This document shows positions 8,798 to 18,204 of a DNA stretch of 64,000 nt, one piece after another. Position 1 is the first letter of the stretch, and each line of letters begins with the position of its first letter. A program made the position numbers and the translations under genes. Below the pieces are notes generated by a model that was not told where the DNA came from, searched no databases, and saw only the letters and a list, made by a program, of their open reading frames with translations. Source of the stretch: Rhodoferax sp. (GTDB lineage: Bacteria > Pseudomonadota > Gammaproteobacteria > Burkholderiales > Burkholderiaceae_C); the NCBI RefSeq assembly GCF_023701345.1, contig NZ_JAMPXE010000002.1, positions 14,109 through 78,108 on the forward strand, given 5' to 3'.

Positions 8798-10312
8798 ATG
8801 CAAGAACTGAATTTGCTTTTGAACGGGTTTGCCGCCTTGGCGCACCAACCCATGGCACTGCTGCTGGCTGTGATCGGCGTTGCCGTGGGTATTGTGATCG
8901 GTGCCATGCCGGGTCTGACCGCGACCATGGGGGTAGCGATCCTGTTGCCCTTCACCTTTGGCATGGACCCGGTGTCGGGCCTGCTGATGATTTCCGGCGT
9001 GTATTTCGGCGGGGTGTATGGCGGTTCCATTACCGCCATCCTGCTGAAAATTCCAGGCACCCCCGCCGCGGCCGCCACGGCGATCGACGGTTTTGAGCTG
9101 ACCAAAAAGGGCATGGCCGGCATTGCGCTGGGCACAGCGACCCTTTCGTCGTTCATCGGCGGTACCCTGAGCGTTATCGTGCTGGTGTTCATGGCGCCCC
9201 TGCTGGCGGGTGTGGCCCTTGAATTCAGCGCGTCGGAGACCTTTGCACTGGCCGTCTTTGGTTTGAGCATCATCGCCAGCATCTCGGGCAAATCGCTGGT
9301 CAAGGGCCTGATTGCCGGTTTTGTCGGCCTGCTGATCTCCACCATCGGGCTTGATCCGATGGGCGGCTTCCCAAGGTTTACCGGCGGTTTTGTTGAGCTG
9401 ATGAGTGTGCCGTTCATCCCGGTGATGATCGGCCTGTTTGCCGCTGCTGAAGCCTTCAAGCAGATGGAAACCAGCGACATCGTCAAGAGGAAGGCCGCAG
9501 AACTGGGCCGCATCATTCCGCCCTGGTCGGTCTTCAAAGGCCTGATCTTCACGATTCTGCGTTCGGCGGGTCTGGGGATTTTCATCGGGGCGATCCCGGG
9601 TGCCGGTGCCGACATCGCGGCGTTTGTGGCCTACAACGAAGCCAAACGCTTCAGCAAGCACCCGGAGAACTTTGGCAAGGGTGAACTGTCCGCTGTTGCG
9701 GCCTGCGAATCCGGCGCCAATGGCTGTACCGGTGGCGCCATGTTGCCGATGCTGACACTGGGCATTCCGGGGGATGCCACCACCGCAGTGATGCTGGGGG
9801 CGCTGACGCTGCAAGGTTTGCAACCTGGCCCGCTGCTGTTCAAGGATCACAGCGATCTGGTGTTCACCCTGTTTGCGGGCATGTTGTTCTGTTACCTGGC
9901 CATGTTGGTGATTGGTTTGGGGTCGCTGCGTTTCATCGGCAAGATCCTGCAGATGCCCAAGTCGGTACTGACACCCACCATCCTGGCGCTGTGTGTGGTG
10001 GGCACCTACGCGATCAACAACAGCATGTTCGACATCGGCATCATGCTCGCTGCTGGCGTGCTGGGCTACTTCATGGAGAAGTGGGATTTCCCGCCCTCAC
10101 CCATCGTGCTGGCGCTGATCATGGGCCCGATGGCTGAGAGCAACTTCCGGCGCGCCTTGTCGTTGTCCAACGGCAGCTACGACTTCCTCTATACCCGCCC
10201 GATCACCGCCACCTTCCTGGTCATCGCCTTGCTGTCGCTGTTCTTTCCGGTGATCAGCAGATACCGGCATAAACGTCTGCTACGCCGACTTGCCAGCGCC
10301 AACGCGGCCTGA
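8798..10312 (+). CDS. TTT large permease (TctA)
   Basis: GAMPGLTATM, YGGSITAILLKIPGTP, LTLGIPGD. 504 aa. Confidence 0.93.
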   Translation: MQELNLLLNGFAALAHQPMALLLAVIGVAVGIVIGAMPGLTATMGVAILLPFTFGMDPVSGLLMISGVYFGGVYGGSITAILLKIPGTPAAAATAIDGFELTKKGMAGIALGTATLSSFIGGTLSVIVLVFMAPLLAGVALEFSASETFALAVFGLSIIASISGKSLVKGLIAGFVGLLISTIGLDPMGGFPRFTGGFVELMSVPFIPVMIGLFAAAEAFKQMETSDIVKRKAAELGRIIPPWSVFKGLIFTILRSAGLGIFIGAIPGAGADIAAFVAYNEAKRFSKHPENFGKGELSAVAACESGANGCTGGAMLPMLTLGIPGDATTAVMLGALTLQGLQPGPLLFKDHSDLVFTLFAGMLFCYLAMLVIGLGSLRFIGKILQMPKSVLTPTILALCVVGTYAINNSMFDIGIMLAAGVLGYFMEKWDFPPSPIVLALIMGPMAESNFRRALSLSNGSYDFLYTRPITATFLVIALLSLFFPVISRYRHKRLLRRLASANAA

Positions 10313-10339
10313 TCCAACCATTTTGCAAAGGACAATGTG

Positions 10340-11245
10340 ATGAAGATAACCACCCTGAGCGCGGATGCGCTGCTATGTCCTGAGGTACGTAACGCCGTTG
10401 GCGAAAGCCCGGTCTGGGATGTGAATTCGGCTTGCTGGTTGTGGATCGACCAGGCTGGCAAGGTATTCCGTCTGGACCCGGCCACCGGTGAAACCCGTCA
10501 CTGGTCGGTGACAGAGAAAATCGGCAGCATGGTGCTGCGTCCCGACGGTGGTCTGGTGTGTTGTTGCGAGACCGGCATTTTTGATGTGGAGTTGGGTGAG
10601 AGCGAGGCCGCCGGCATGACACGGCTGGCCTCAATCACCCACCCGAAGACCGGCATGCGCTTCAACGACGGACGTTGTGACCGGCAAGGGCGGCTCTGGG
10701 TGTCCACCATGGTGATGGACATTTCGCTGGGTGATGCGTCCGGAAGCTGGTTTCGCTACACCCGCCAGGAGGGGCTCATCGCCTCCGACTTTGGCGACTT
10801 TGTGATTCCGAACGGTTCGGCCTTCAGCCCGGATGGCAAGACCTTTTATTGCTCCGACACCCATCGCGATGTGCGCATGCTCTGGCAATTTGACTACGAC
10901 ACCGACGCCGGTGTTCCGAGCAACAAGCGCCCGTTTGTCGACCTGCGCGATGCGCCGGGACGCCCGGACGGCGCGGCGGTGGACGTGGATGGTTGCTACT
11001 GGATTTGCGGTCTGGATGAAGGCAGCATCATGCGCTTCACCCCGCAGGGCAAGCTTGATCACAAGTTCATGCTGCCGATGCAAAAACCGACCATGTGCTC
11101 CTTCGGTGGCGCCGATGGCCAAACCATGCTGGTGACGTCGCTGTGCCGAGGCGAGAAAGACCTGGAGACCGATCCACATGCCGGTCGGCTGCTGATGTTC
11201 AGGCCGGGTGCACAAGGGATTGTTGAACCACGGCTGCTGGCCTGA
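10340..11245 (+). CDS. SMP-30/gluconolactonase/LRE family beta-propeller
   Basis: GESPVWD, RFNDG, PNGSAFSPDG and PDGAAVD, with the E/N/N/D metal ligands intact. Confidence 0.9.
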   Translation: MKITTLSADALLCPEVRNAVGESPVWDVNSACWLWIDQAGKVFRLDPATGETRHWSVTEKIGSMVLRPDGGLVCCCETGIFDVELGESEAAGMTRLASITHPKTGMRFNDGRCDRQGRLWVSTMVMDISLGDASGSWFRYTRQEGLIASDFGDFVIPNGSAFSPDGKTFYCSDTHRDVRMLWQFDYDTDAGVPSNKRPFVDLRDAPGRPDGAAVDVDGCYWICGLDEGSIMRFTPQGKLDHKFMLPMQKPTMCSFGGADGQTMLVTSLCRGEKDLETDPHAGRLLMFRPGAQGIVEPRLLA

Positions 11246-11332
11246 CGTATACGCTGGCAAACTGGTTCCAAGCAGCGCAACTCGGGTTCGTCAAGCGTGA
11301 TCACAACTTGGCTCACGATGCCGCACCCAAGT

Positions 11333-12844
11333 TCAGTTGCCACTCGTAACCATCGTGATCCTGGGTTTTCTAAAAAACCTCAACAGGATCGGCAAACACC
11401 ACAAGGTCAGGGTAAACACGCCCAGCCCTCCCGCAATCGGACGCTCGAAAAAAGCCAGCATGGAACCATCGGACTTGATCAATGAGGTAGTCAGGCTGCG
11501 TTCGACCAGTCCACCCATCACGATGCCAAGGATGGTGGGAGCCACGGGGAACCCATTTTCCTCCATCATGTAGGCGATGACCCCCATCACCAGCATGATG
11601 ACGATGCCGGATGCCGATGCATCAATTGCATACGAGCCGACGATACAGAACACGAGGATCAGCGGTGCCAGGATCAGTTTCGGGACGACGAGTACCTTGG
11701 TCCCCACACGGATCGCCAACAGACCCAGCGGGATGATTAGCAGATTGGCCAGCAGGAACACCAGAAAAATCGCCATGACCTGCGGCGCGTTGTTAACAAA
11801 GATCATCGGACCGGGGTTGAGGCCTTTCATGTAGAGGACACCAATCACGATGGCCGTGATCGAGTCGCCGGGAATGCCAAAAACCAGAGCAGGCACATAC
11901 GCACCCGACAACGCGGCGTTGTTCGCTGAGCAGGCTTCAACCAAACCTTCATCGTGGCCTGTTCCGAACTTCTCTGGCGTCTTGGAGCGCATTTTTGCCG
12001 TCGCGTAGGCAATCCAGGAACCGATATCGGATCCTGCTCCCGGCAAGATACCAATGATGGTGCCAATCAGCGAGCCGCGCACTACGTTAAATCGATATTT
12101 GAATAATGAACCACCCAGACCATCAAAGATGGTTCGGAAGTTGCCGACACTCTTAGGTCTTTTTACCTGTGTTGCGCCGAGCAGCGTGCGTATGACCTCG
12201 GGAATGGCGAACATACCGATGAGTGCTGGTACAAAAGATACGCCACTGATCAGAGAAGGCTGGTCGAAGGTAAATCGAGGATAGCCAGAAGATGCATCTT
12301 GACCCACTGTCGCTATCAATAATCCAAGCGCCAATGAAAGCAGTCCTTTGATGACGGATCCGGTTCCCAGCATGACAGCGGCAGACAAGCCCAGAAGAGC
12401 CAGCCAGAAATACTCGAAGCTGGTGAAATTGATGGAAACTTCTGCCAGTTGCGGAGCTGCCAAGATGAGAATCAAGGTGCCAAATATCCCGCCGATGCAT
12501 GAACATATGACCGAAATGCCAAGTGCTCGTCCTGCACGTCCTTGCTTGGCGTATTCGTGCATTTCGTCCACATATGCTGCCGACGCTGCAGTTCCGGGAA
12601 TGCGTATAAGAGCCGCAGGTATATCAGAAGCGAAAATCGCCATGCATGCCGTCGTGACGATAGCGGCAATCGCCGTCACGGGTGGCATATAGAAGGTTAA
12701 AGGCACCAGCATGGCTGTTGCCATCGTGGCCGACAGTCCGGGTACCGCCCCGACGAACAGGCCAAAAGCCGCGCACGCCAGCATCGTTATCAGCGTCTGT
12801 GCATTGAAAACAAGCGGCAATGCAGCCGACATATGATCGAGCAT
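11333..12844 (-). CDS. TTT large permease (TctA), second system
   Basis: GAVPGLSATM, LIRIPGT, LVFGIPGD. Start placed at ATG 12844, which overlaps the tctB stop (TGATG); the ORF-track extension to 13171 overlaps tctB. Confidence 0.9.
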   Translation of the reverse strand: MLDHMSAALPLVFNAQTLITMLACAAFGLFVGAVPGLSATMATAMLVPLTFYMPPVTAIAAIVTTACMAIFASDIPAALIRIPGTAASAAYVDEMHEYAKQGRAGRALGISVICSCIGGIFGTLILILAAPQLAEVSINFTSFEYFWLALLGLSAAVMLGTGSVIKGLLSLALGLLIATVGQDASSGYPRFTFDQPSLISGVSFVPALIGMFAIPEVIRTLLGATQVKRPKSVGNFRTIFDGLGGSLFKYRFNVVRGSLIGTIIGILPGAGSDIGSWIAYATAKMRSKTPEKFGTGHDEGLVEACSANNAALSGAYVPALVFGIPGDSITAIVIGVLYMKGLNPGPMIFVNNAPQVMAIFLVFLLANLLIIPLGLLAIRVGTKVLVVPKLILAPLILVFCIVGSYAIDASASGIVIMLVMGVIAYMMEENGFPVAPTILGIVMGGLVERSLTTSLIKSDGSMLAFFERPIAGGLGVFTLTLWCLPILLRFFRKPRITMVTSGN

Positions 12845-13305
12845 CACAACCAGCTCCCCATTGGCAAAGGCACGTAAAGCATTCGGGTCATCACCAGAGC
12901 CACTATGGCAACGAAACCAGCCGCCATGACAAAAATCAACGGCTTGCGCAAGCCCGACAGCAGGTACATTCCCGTGCACATCACCAGCGCGCCAAGCGGA
13001 AAACCGATATCTTCGAACCAGATGGAGAGTACCAGGGTACCCAAGAGACAGAAAACCACGCTTGCCAGGTGGAGAGGCTGGTACCAACCAGGATCCAGCG
13101 TGACAAGCGCGCTCTTGCGCAAGCGTCTTAGCGACATTGCGGCAACGATTGCACCACCGATCATCATGCATGTCCCGATCAGGGTGGGAAAGGTCGATGG
13201 GCCAATTTCTTGCCCAGGCATCTGAGGGAAATGCCGTGCTATGAGCAGCACGGCAAGCCCCAATGCCATAAAGAAAAGACCACTAAACGCATCGTGAAGC
13301 CGCAT
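12844..13305 (-). CDS. TTT small membrane subunit (TctB), second system
   Basis: Hydrophobic, GPSTFP motif, ends LYVPLPMG. GGAG RBS before ATG 13305. Confidence 0.85.
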   Translation of the reverse strand: MRLHDAFSGLFFMALGLAVLLIARHFPQMPGQEIGPSTFPTLIGTCMMIGGAIVAAMSLRRLRKSALVTLDPGWYQPLHLASVVFCLLGTLVLSIWFEDIGFPLGALVMCTGMYLLSGLRKPLIFVMAAGFVAIVALVMTRMLYVPLPMGSWL

Positions 13306-13381
13306 ATAAACATCTCCATGTCTGACTGCGCCAAAACCGCAGTCAGACATATACAAAAATCACTACTTAAATCACCACTTA

Positions 13382-14371
13382 CTACTTGGTAATACCTACT
13401 GCACGCAGGGTCGATCCAACGTCCGCATCAGACTTTTTCATGAAGCTCACAAACTCATCGCCGGCATTCCACTGGGTTGCGTATCCGCGACTATTCATGA
13501 ACTTGAGGTATTCCGGATTCACAACGACCTTCGCCACAGCTTTTTGCAGAGTCGCCAGGATATTTGGAGGAGTACCCTTTGGCGCAACCAAGCCGCGCCA
13601 TGATCCCATGGACCAGGACTTTCCTGTAGCTTCGGTAAACGTTGGTAAATCCGATTTTGCAGCCGCGCGTTTGTCAGCGAAAATAGCAACGGGCCGGATG
13701 CGACCAGCATCCATCAAGGCTTGCGCCTCGGGCAGAGAGGCTACAGCGAACTGCACGCCGCCAGCCGCCAGATCCTGCAAACCAGGGGCTGCACCTTCTG
13801 ACGGAACCCAGGCCACGCGATCAGCTGGAATATCCGACGCCAACAACATGCCAGCCATTGCCAGGTGATTCACGCCACCTTGAGCCGAACCCGAGGCCTT
13901 AAAGGCGCGGTTCGCACTGGCGCGAATGGCACCTACCAAGTCATTGGCTGTCTTGTAGGGCGAGTCCATCCGCACGAATACCGCTGCCGGGTCAGAGTTG
14001 TAGATCCCGATCGGTGCGTAGGACTGATAGGTGAGAGTCGTCAGCCCCTGGTAGTGCATGCTGCCGATCTCCAGCGTAGCCACGCCGATGGTGTAACCAT
14101 CCGGCGCTGCCGAAGCGATTGCGCTATGGCCCACCACGCCTGACCCCCCCGTTCGATTGACAACCGGAACGGGTACACCAAGTTCCTTCTCCAACAACGT
14201 GCCGATCATGCGCGCGGTTGCATCTGTTCCACCACCGGCGCCCCAAGGTACGATCAGGGTTACCGGCTTGGCTGGCCAGTCGGCTGCCTGTACCGCAGTC
14301 GCAAAAGAGGTGCCCAAAACCAGGGCTGTTCCTGCCACCAGGGCGAAACGTCGGTTAAAACACGTAGCCAT
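13382..14371 (-). CDS. TTT substrate-binding protein (TctC/Bug), second system
   Basis: WPAKPVTLIVPWGAGGGTD, NRTGGSG, APDGYT. Confidence 0.92.
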   Translation of the reverse strand: MATCFNRRFALVAGTALVLGTSFATAVQAADWPAKPVTLIVPWGAGGGTDATARMIGTLLEKELGVPVPVVNRTGGSGVVGHSAIASAAPDGYTIGVATLEIGSMHYQGLTTLTYQSYAPIGIYNSDPAAVFVRMDSPYKTANDLVGAIRASANRAFKASGSAQGGVNHLAMAGMLLASDIPADRVAWVPSEGAAPGLQDLAAGGVQFAVASLPEAQALMDAGRIRPVAIFADKRAAAKSDLPTFTEATGKSWSMGSWRGLVAPKGTPPNILATLQKAVAKVVVNPEYLKFMNSRGYATQWNAGDEFVSFMKKSDADVGSTLRAVGITK

Positions 14372-14425
14372 CAGTCTATCTCCTTAAAAATTGCGGCAGC
14401 AAAATACCACCGACTTGGTTGAAAA

Positions 14426-15838
14426 TCAAACCACCTTGCCGGGATTGAGCAGGTTCTTTGGATCAAGTGCACCCTTCAGCGTGCGCATCAGTGCGATCTC
14501 TTCGGGCGTTCGGGCGTGCCCCAACCACCGTTGCTTCAACGTGCCGATCCCGTGCTCTGCTGAGACGGTGCCGTGATAAGCGCGCACCAGTTCATAAACC
14601 ACCTCCTCGACATCGTCTTTGGGTTGAGTGGCAACGCCGGGTAGGAAGGCCACAATATGCATGTTGCCGTCACCAATATGCCCGTAGAACACCGACAGGC
14701 ATCCCGGCACGCGTTCCGCCAGTTTTTCCTTGCAGCGGCGTGCATATTCATCCATAGCGGCAACCGGAAGTCCAATGTCAAAAGCCATGTGGCGCGGCCA
14801 TAAGGTATGCAGCTCGCCACAAGCATCGCGCACGCCCCAGAAGGCACCGGCGTCCGCCACCGACTGGGCAACTGCTGCATCGGGGATCACACCGTTCTCA
14901 AGCAAGCGCCCCAGCCACGCTTCGAAACGGGGGGCATCCAGGGTCGGGTCGGTACCAAGCGCTTCGATCAATACATAGGCCGCACGAGGAGGCGCATCAT
15001 GGCCAAATGGATTGCGAACACCAGGCGCTTGCGTCGTTGCAAAAGTCCAGTAGTCAGGCCACATCACTTCAAAGGCTGACAGCAGCGGTCCGAGCTCGCT
15101 GCGCGCCGACGACAGCAAACGAAGCACTGTTTCAAAATCATCGGCTGCGCAAATTGCCGTCATGGTTGACGCCGGCTTGGGAAACATCTTCAACACAATG
15201 CGCGTGATAATGCCAAGCGTTCCTTCACTGCCGATGAACAGGTGCTTTAGATCAAAGCCGGCATTGTTCTTGATCATTTTGTTCATGCTGGTAACCACGG
15301 TGCCATCGGCCAAGACCGCCTCGAGACCAAGAACCATCTCCCGTGCCATCCCGTATCGGATAACCCGGTTACCACCAGCGTTGGTCGAGAGATTGCCTCC
15401 TATGGCACAAGATCCGCGTGCACCCAGATCGAGTGGACAAAAGAAGCCCGCATCTGCCGCGGCCTGCTGCACTGTCTCCAACGGCGTTCCGGCCCGGACG
15501 GTCATGGTGGCCGAAGCTGGATCAATCTCTTCTATGCCGACCATTCTCTCCATCGAGAGTGCAATCTGGTCCTCTCCAGCTCGTGCACCGCCGCACAAGC
15601 CTGTCAATCCGCCTTGGGGAACCACCGCAATTCCATGCAGGTTACAAAGGCGCATCACGGTCGAAATCCCCTGGGTATCGGATGGACGAACCACTGCCAG
15701 CGGACGTGACGGCAACATGCCGCTGTAGTCATTGTGATTTCGAACCGGCAGATTGTTGCCTGTCAAAACGGCGGTGGGGCCGAGTTTTTCAAGAAGTTCC
15801 TGCAGTACAGTGGATTGGGCGGTGGCTGTCATAGTCAT
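14426..15838 (-). CDS. FAD-binding 2-hydroxyacid oxidoreductase (D-lactate/D-2-hydroxyglutarate dehydrogenase, GlcD-like)
   Basis: PQGGLTGLCGG, IGGNLSTNAGG, GSEGTLG, GHIGDGNMH, SAEHGIG, LDPKNLLNPGKV. Start (15838 or 15832) uncertain. Confidence 0.88.
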   Translation of the reverse strand: MTMTATAQSTVLQELLEKLGPTAVLTGNNLPVRNHNDYSGMLPSRPLAVVRPSDTQGISTVMRLCNLHGIAVVPQGGLTGLCGGARAGEDQIALSMERMVGIEEIDPASATMTVRAGTPLETVQQAAADAGFFCPLDLGARGSCAIGGNLSTNAGGNRVIRYGMAREMVLGLEAVLADGTVVTSMNKMIKNNAGFDLKHLFIGSEGTLGIITRIVLKMFPKPASTMTAICAADDFETVLRLLSSARSELGPLLSAFEVMWPDYWTFATTQAPGVRNPFGHDAPPRAAYVLIEALGTDPTLDAPRFEAWLGRLLENGVIPDAAVAQSVADAGAFWGVRDACGELHTLWPRHMAFDIGLPVAAMDEYARRCKEKLAERVPGCLSVFYGHIGDGNMHIVAFLPGVATQPKDDVEEVVYELVRAYHGTVSAEHGIGTLKQRWLGHARTPEEIALMRTLKGALDPKNLLNPGKVV

Positions 15839-15870
15839 GATGTCTGTGTGCTTCTCGTAAAAAGTTGAAC

Positions 15871-16743
15871 TCAATGCCCAAACTGGTCATCGAGATGTTT
15901 ATGAAATGGCAGACCTATGCGCTCCGAGAAGTCGGCATAGCTCACCATACCGCTGGCAGCAGCGGCTGGGGTTCCATCTACCTTCAATCGCAGGAGTGCA
16001 TCGCTTACCGCCTTGACTGCGGTAAAGAGCGTCGTAACGGCATAAAACACAACGGAGAACCCCATCTCCTGCAGGTCTGCGGCCGTGAGTGCGACCGTCT
16101 CGTTGCCATCGACGATTGACACAACTTTGGGCCCATTCACCGCCCTGGCAATAGCCTCGATCTCGGCGATTTTTTTAATGCCATCGACAAATACCAGGTC
16201 CACACCTGTGTCCTGGAAAAGCTTGGCCCTGCGAACCGCCTCGTCTATCCCCGCGGCAGGAAGTGCATCGGTGCGGCCGATGATTAACAGGTCATCATCA
16301 CCGCGCGACTGAACGGCGCAGCGTAAGCGCAGCGCAGCCTCGCCCGCATCCATCAAACGGATGCCCGCCATCTGGCCACAACGTTTGGGTGCCACCTGGT
16401 CCTCCAGATGTATGGCGGCAACACCTGCCTGCAAATACTCACGTACGGTGCGATGGATGTTGGAGGGGCCTCCATAGCCGGTGTCAGCATCGGCAATCAC
16501 CGGAATCTCAACCACGCGTACCATGTCCCTGGCGTGCGTTGTCATCTCGGTCTGCGTCATCAGTCCGATGTCCGGACATCCAAGGCGAGTGGCTGTTGCA
16601 CCGAATCCCGTCATGTAGATAGCAGGAAATCCTGCCTGCTGAATCAACCGTGCGGTCAACGCGTCTGGTGCGCCTGGCGCCATCACGATCTGACCCGACT
16701 GAAGCAGAGTCCGCAGCGCCCCTGCCTGTGTGAGCTTGTTCAT
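15871..16743 (-). CDS. Isocitrate lyase/PEP mutase superfamily enzyme with a variant active-site loop (KRCGQ)
   Basis: DALTA, YMTG, DADTGYG, IHLEDQ, KRCGQ, GRTDA. Confidence 0.88.
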   Translation of the reverse strand: MNKLTQAGALRTLLQSGQIVMAPGAPDALTARLIQQAGFPAIYMTGFGATATRLGCPDIGLMTQTEMTTHARDMVRVVEIPVIADADTGYGGPSNIHRTVREYLQAGVAAIHLEDQVAPKRCGQMAGIRLMDAGEAALRLRCAVQSRGDDDLLIIGRTDALPAAGIDEAVRRAKLFQDTGVDLVFVDGIKKIAEIEAIARAVNGPKVVSIVDGNETVALTAADLQEMGFSVVFYAVTTLFTAVKAVSDALLRLKVDGTPAAAASGMVSYADFSERIGLPFHKHLDDQFGH

Positions 16744-16931
16744 GGCGGCTATTTCCTGAAATGCTCAAGGGCCGCACCGCGCGCTGACAACCGCCCAACG
16801 CAAGGCGAACCTACTTGACTGAAAAAGTACAAACTCACCGATATTGCAAGAATGGCAACTTCGATAAAGGGTAAGGATGTCATCATGAAATTGGGTTGAT
16901 AGGGTTGTATATGCGCTTGATGTATTGTTGT

Positions 16932-16947
16932 ATGTAAGGCATTACAT
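16932..16947. promoter_or_regulatory. Candidate GntR operator
   Basis: Perfect inverted repeat ATGTAA-GGCA-TTACAT in the AT-rich divergent region. Further TGTA/TACA half-sites nearby (for example TTGTA-N7-TACAA, 16989-17005). Confidence 0.4.
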
Positions 16948-17046
16948 GTGAACTGGTGTTTACCCTATGTTGGCAATTTCCATCAAACTTGTACCTCACA
17001 TACAATGAGCAACCATCCCAACATGGACTACCCTGGAAGGAAAATT

Positions 17047-17751
17047 GTGAAACGATCGCTCAAGCTAGCGCCCACCAGTTCACTGGCCACCCTGGCAACC
17101 CAGCGCATCCGCGACGCCATCACCGATGGGGAATTTGCCCTTGGTGAAATGATTCCCGAAGAGTCCCTGGCGCAAGCCATGGGCATCAGCAGAACGCCCG
17201 TGCGAGAAGCTTTAAACCAATTGCAGCGTATCGGTCTCGTCGTGATCAAACCGCAACGTGGCAGTTATGTGTTCGAACCCAGCGAAGAAGATATTGACGC
17301 CATCTGTAGCTACCGCTACATGCTGGAAAGTCAGGCTGCCAGGATGGCCCATGCGCAAAATATGGAAGCAACACTGAACGCAATGTCTGACGCGGTGACT
17401 GCCATGGAGAAGGCGCGCGGAGATGGCGACCGTGTGGCTTACGGTCAGGCTGACACCCGTTTCCACGCAGCTTTTTTCGAAAACTGCGGCAATGACTACC
17501 TGCGAGCTGCCTATGACTTGGTCTCTGGCAAGATTGCTGCTTTGCGCACTCAGTTGACGGCGCCCTTTGATGCCTTGCGCAGCCAGTCTTTCGATGAACA
17601 CCGCGACTTCGTCGAGCTGTTTCGAGTGGGCGGTTTCACGCAGATCGATGCACTGATGCGCGAACACGTCAACCGCACAGGCGTCGTCTACTCACAGGCC
17701 TGGAAAGCACTGCAGAAGACCACTGCAGATCAGACTGACCGAAAAATCTGA
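17047..17751 (+). CDS. GntR-family (FCD domain) regulator
   Basis: wHTH EESLAQAMGISRTPVREAL; FCD-type FH...CGN.YL and EH. Start chosen at GTG 17047 after GGAAGG; ATG 17005 is also possible. Confidence 0.88.
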   Translation: MKRSLKLAPTSSLATLATQRIRDAITDGEFALGEMIPEESLAQAMGISRTPVREALNQLQRIGLVVIKPQRGSYVFEPSEEDIDAICSYRYMLESQAARMAHAQNMEATLNAMSDAVTAMEKARGDGDRVAYGQADTRFHAAFFENCGNDYLRAAYDLVSGKIAALRTQLTAPFDALRSQSFDEHRDFVELFRVGGFTQIDALMREHVNRTGVVYSQAWKALQKTTADQTDRKI

Positions 17752-17757
17752 ACTGTG

Positions 17758-18204
17758 ATGGACTGCAAATACTGCGATTTTCTAAAGCATGGCCACCTAC
17801 CCGATGGTATGCAACCGGTGGGGCGTGTCAACGGAGCGGATGCGCTTCTGTTGATCGATAGCAAACACCCCGGACGCTGTGTTCTGGTGTCACCTTGGCA
17901 TGTTCGCGATCTTTTCGACCTACTGCCAACGCAGCGAAGCGAGTTCCTCGAAGCCGTCAGCCGCCTTGCCAAGGTTGTGTCCACAGCCTGCGCTGCTGAC
18001 AAGGTGAACATCGCGTTTTATGGCGACCTGTCTGACCATCTGCATGCGCATGTGGTGCCCAAGTGGCGCGATGGCCCTTGTTGGGGTGACGCATTTAATC
18101 TGCAACCGACGATCGCTGAGGAACCAGGTGCAGGTCCATTTAGCAATCTGAGCTGGACAGACGTTAATGAAAACCTTAGGGGGCTCATTCGCACCGGCAA
18201 CTGA
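17758..18204 (+). CDS. HIT-family hydrolase
   Basis: N-terminal CxxC, PGR.VLV, and the histidine triad HLHAHVVP. Confidence 0.8.
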   Translation: MDCKYCDFLKHGHLPDGMQPVGRVNGADALLLIDSKHPGRCVLVSPWHVRDLFDLLPTQRSEFLEAVSRLAKVVSTACAADKVNIAFYGDLSDHLHAHVVPKWRDGPCWGDAFNLQPTIAEEPGAGPFSNLSWTDVNENLRGLIRTGN

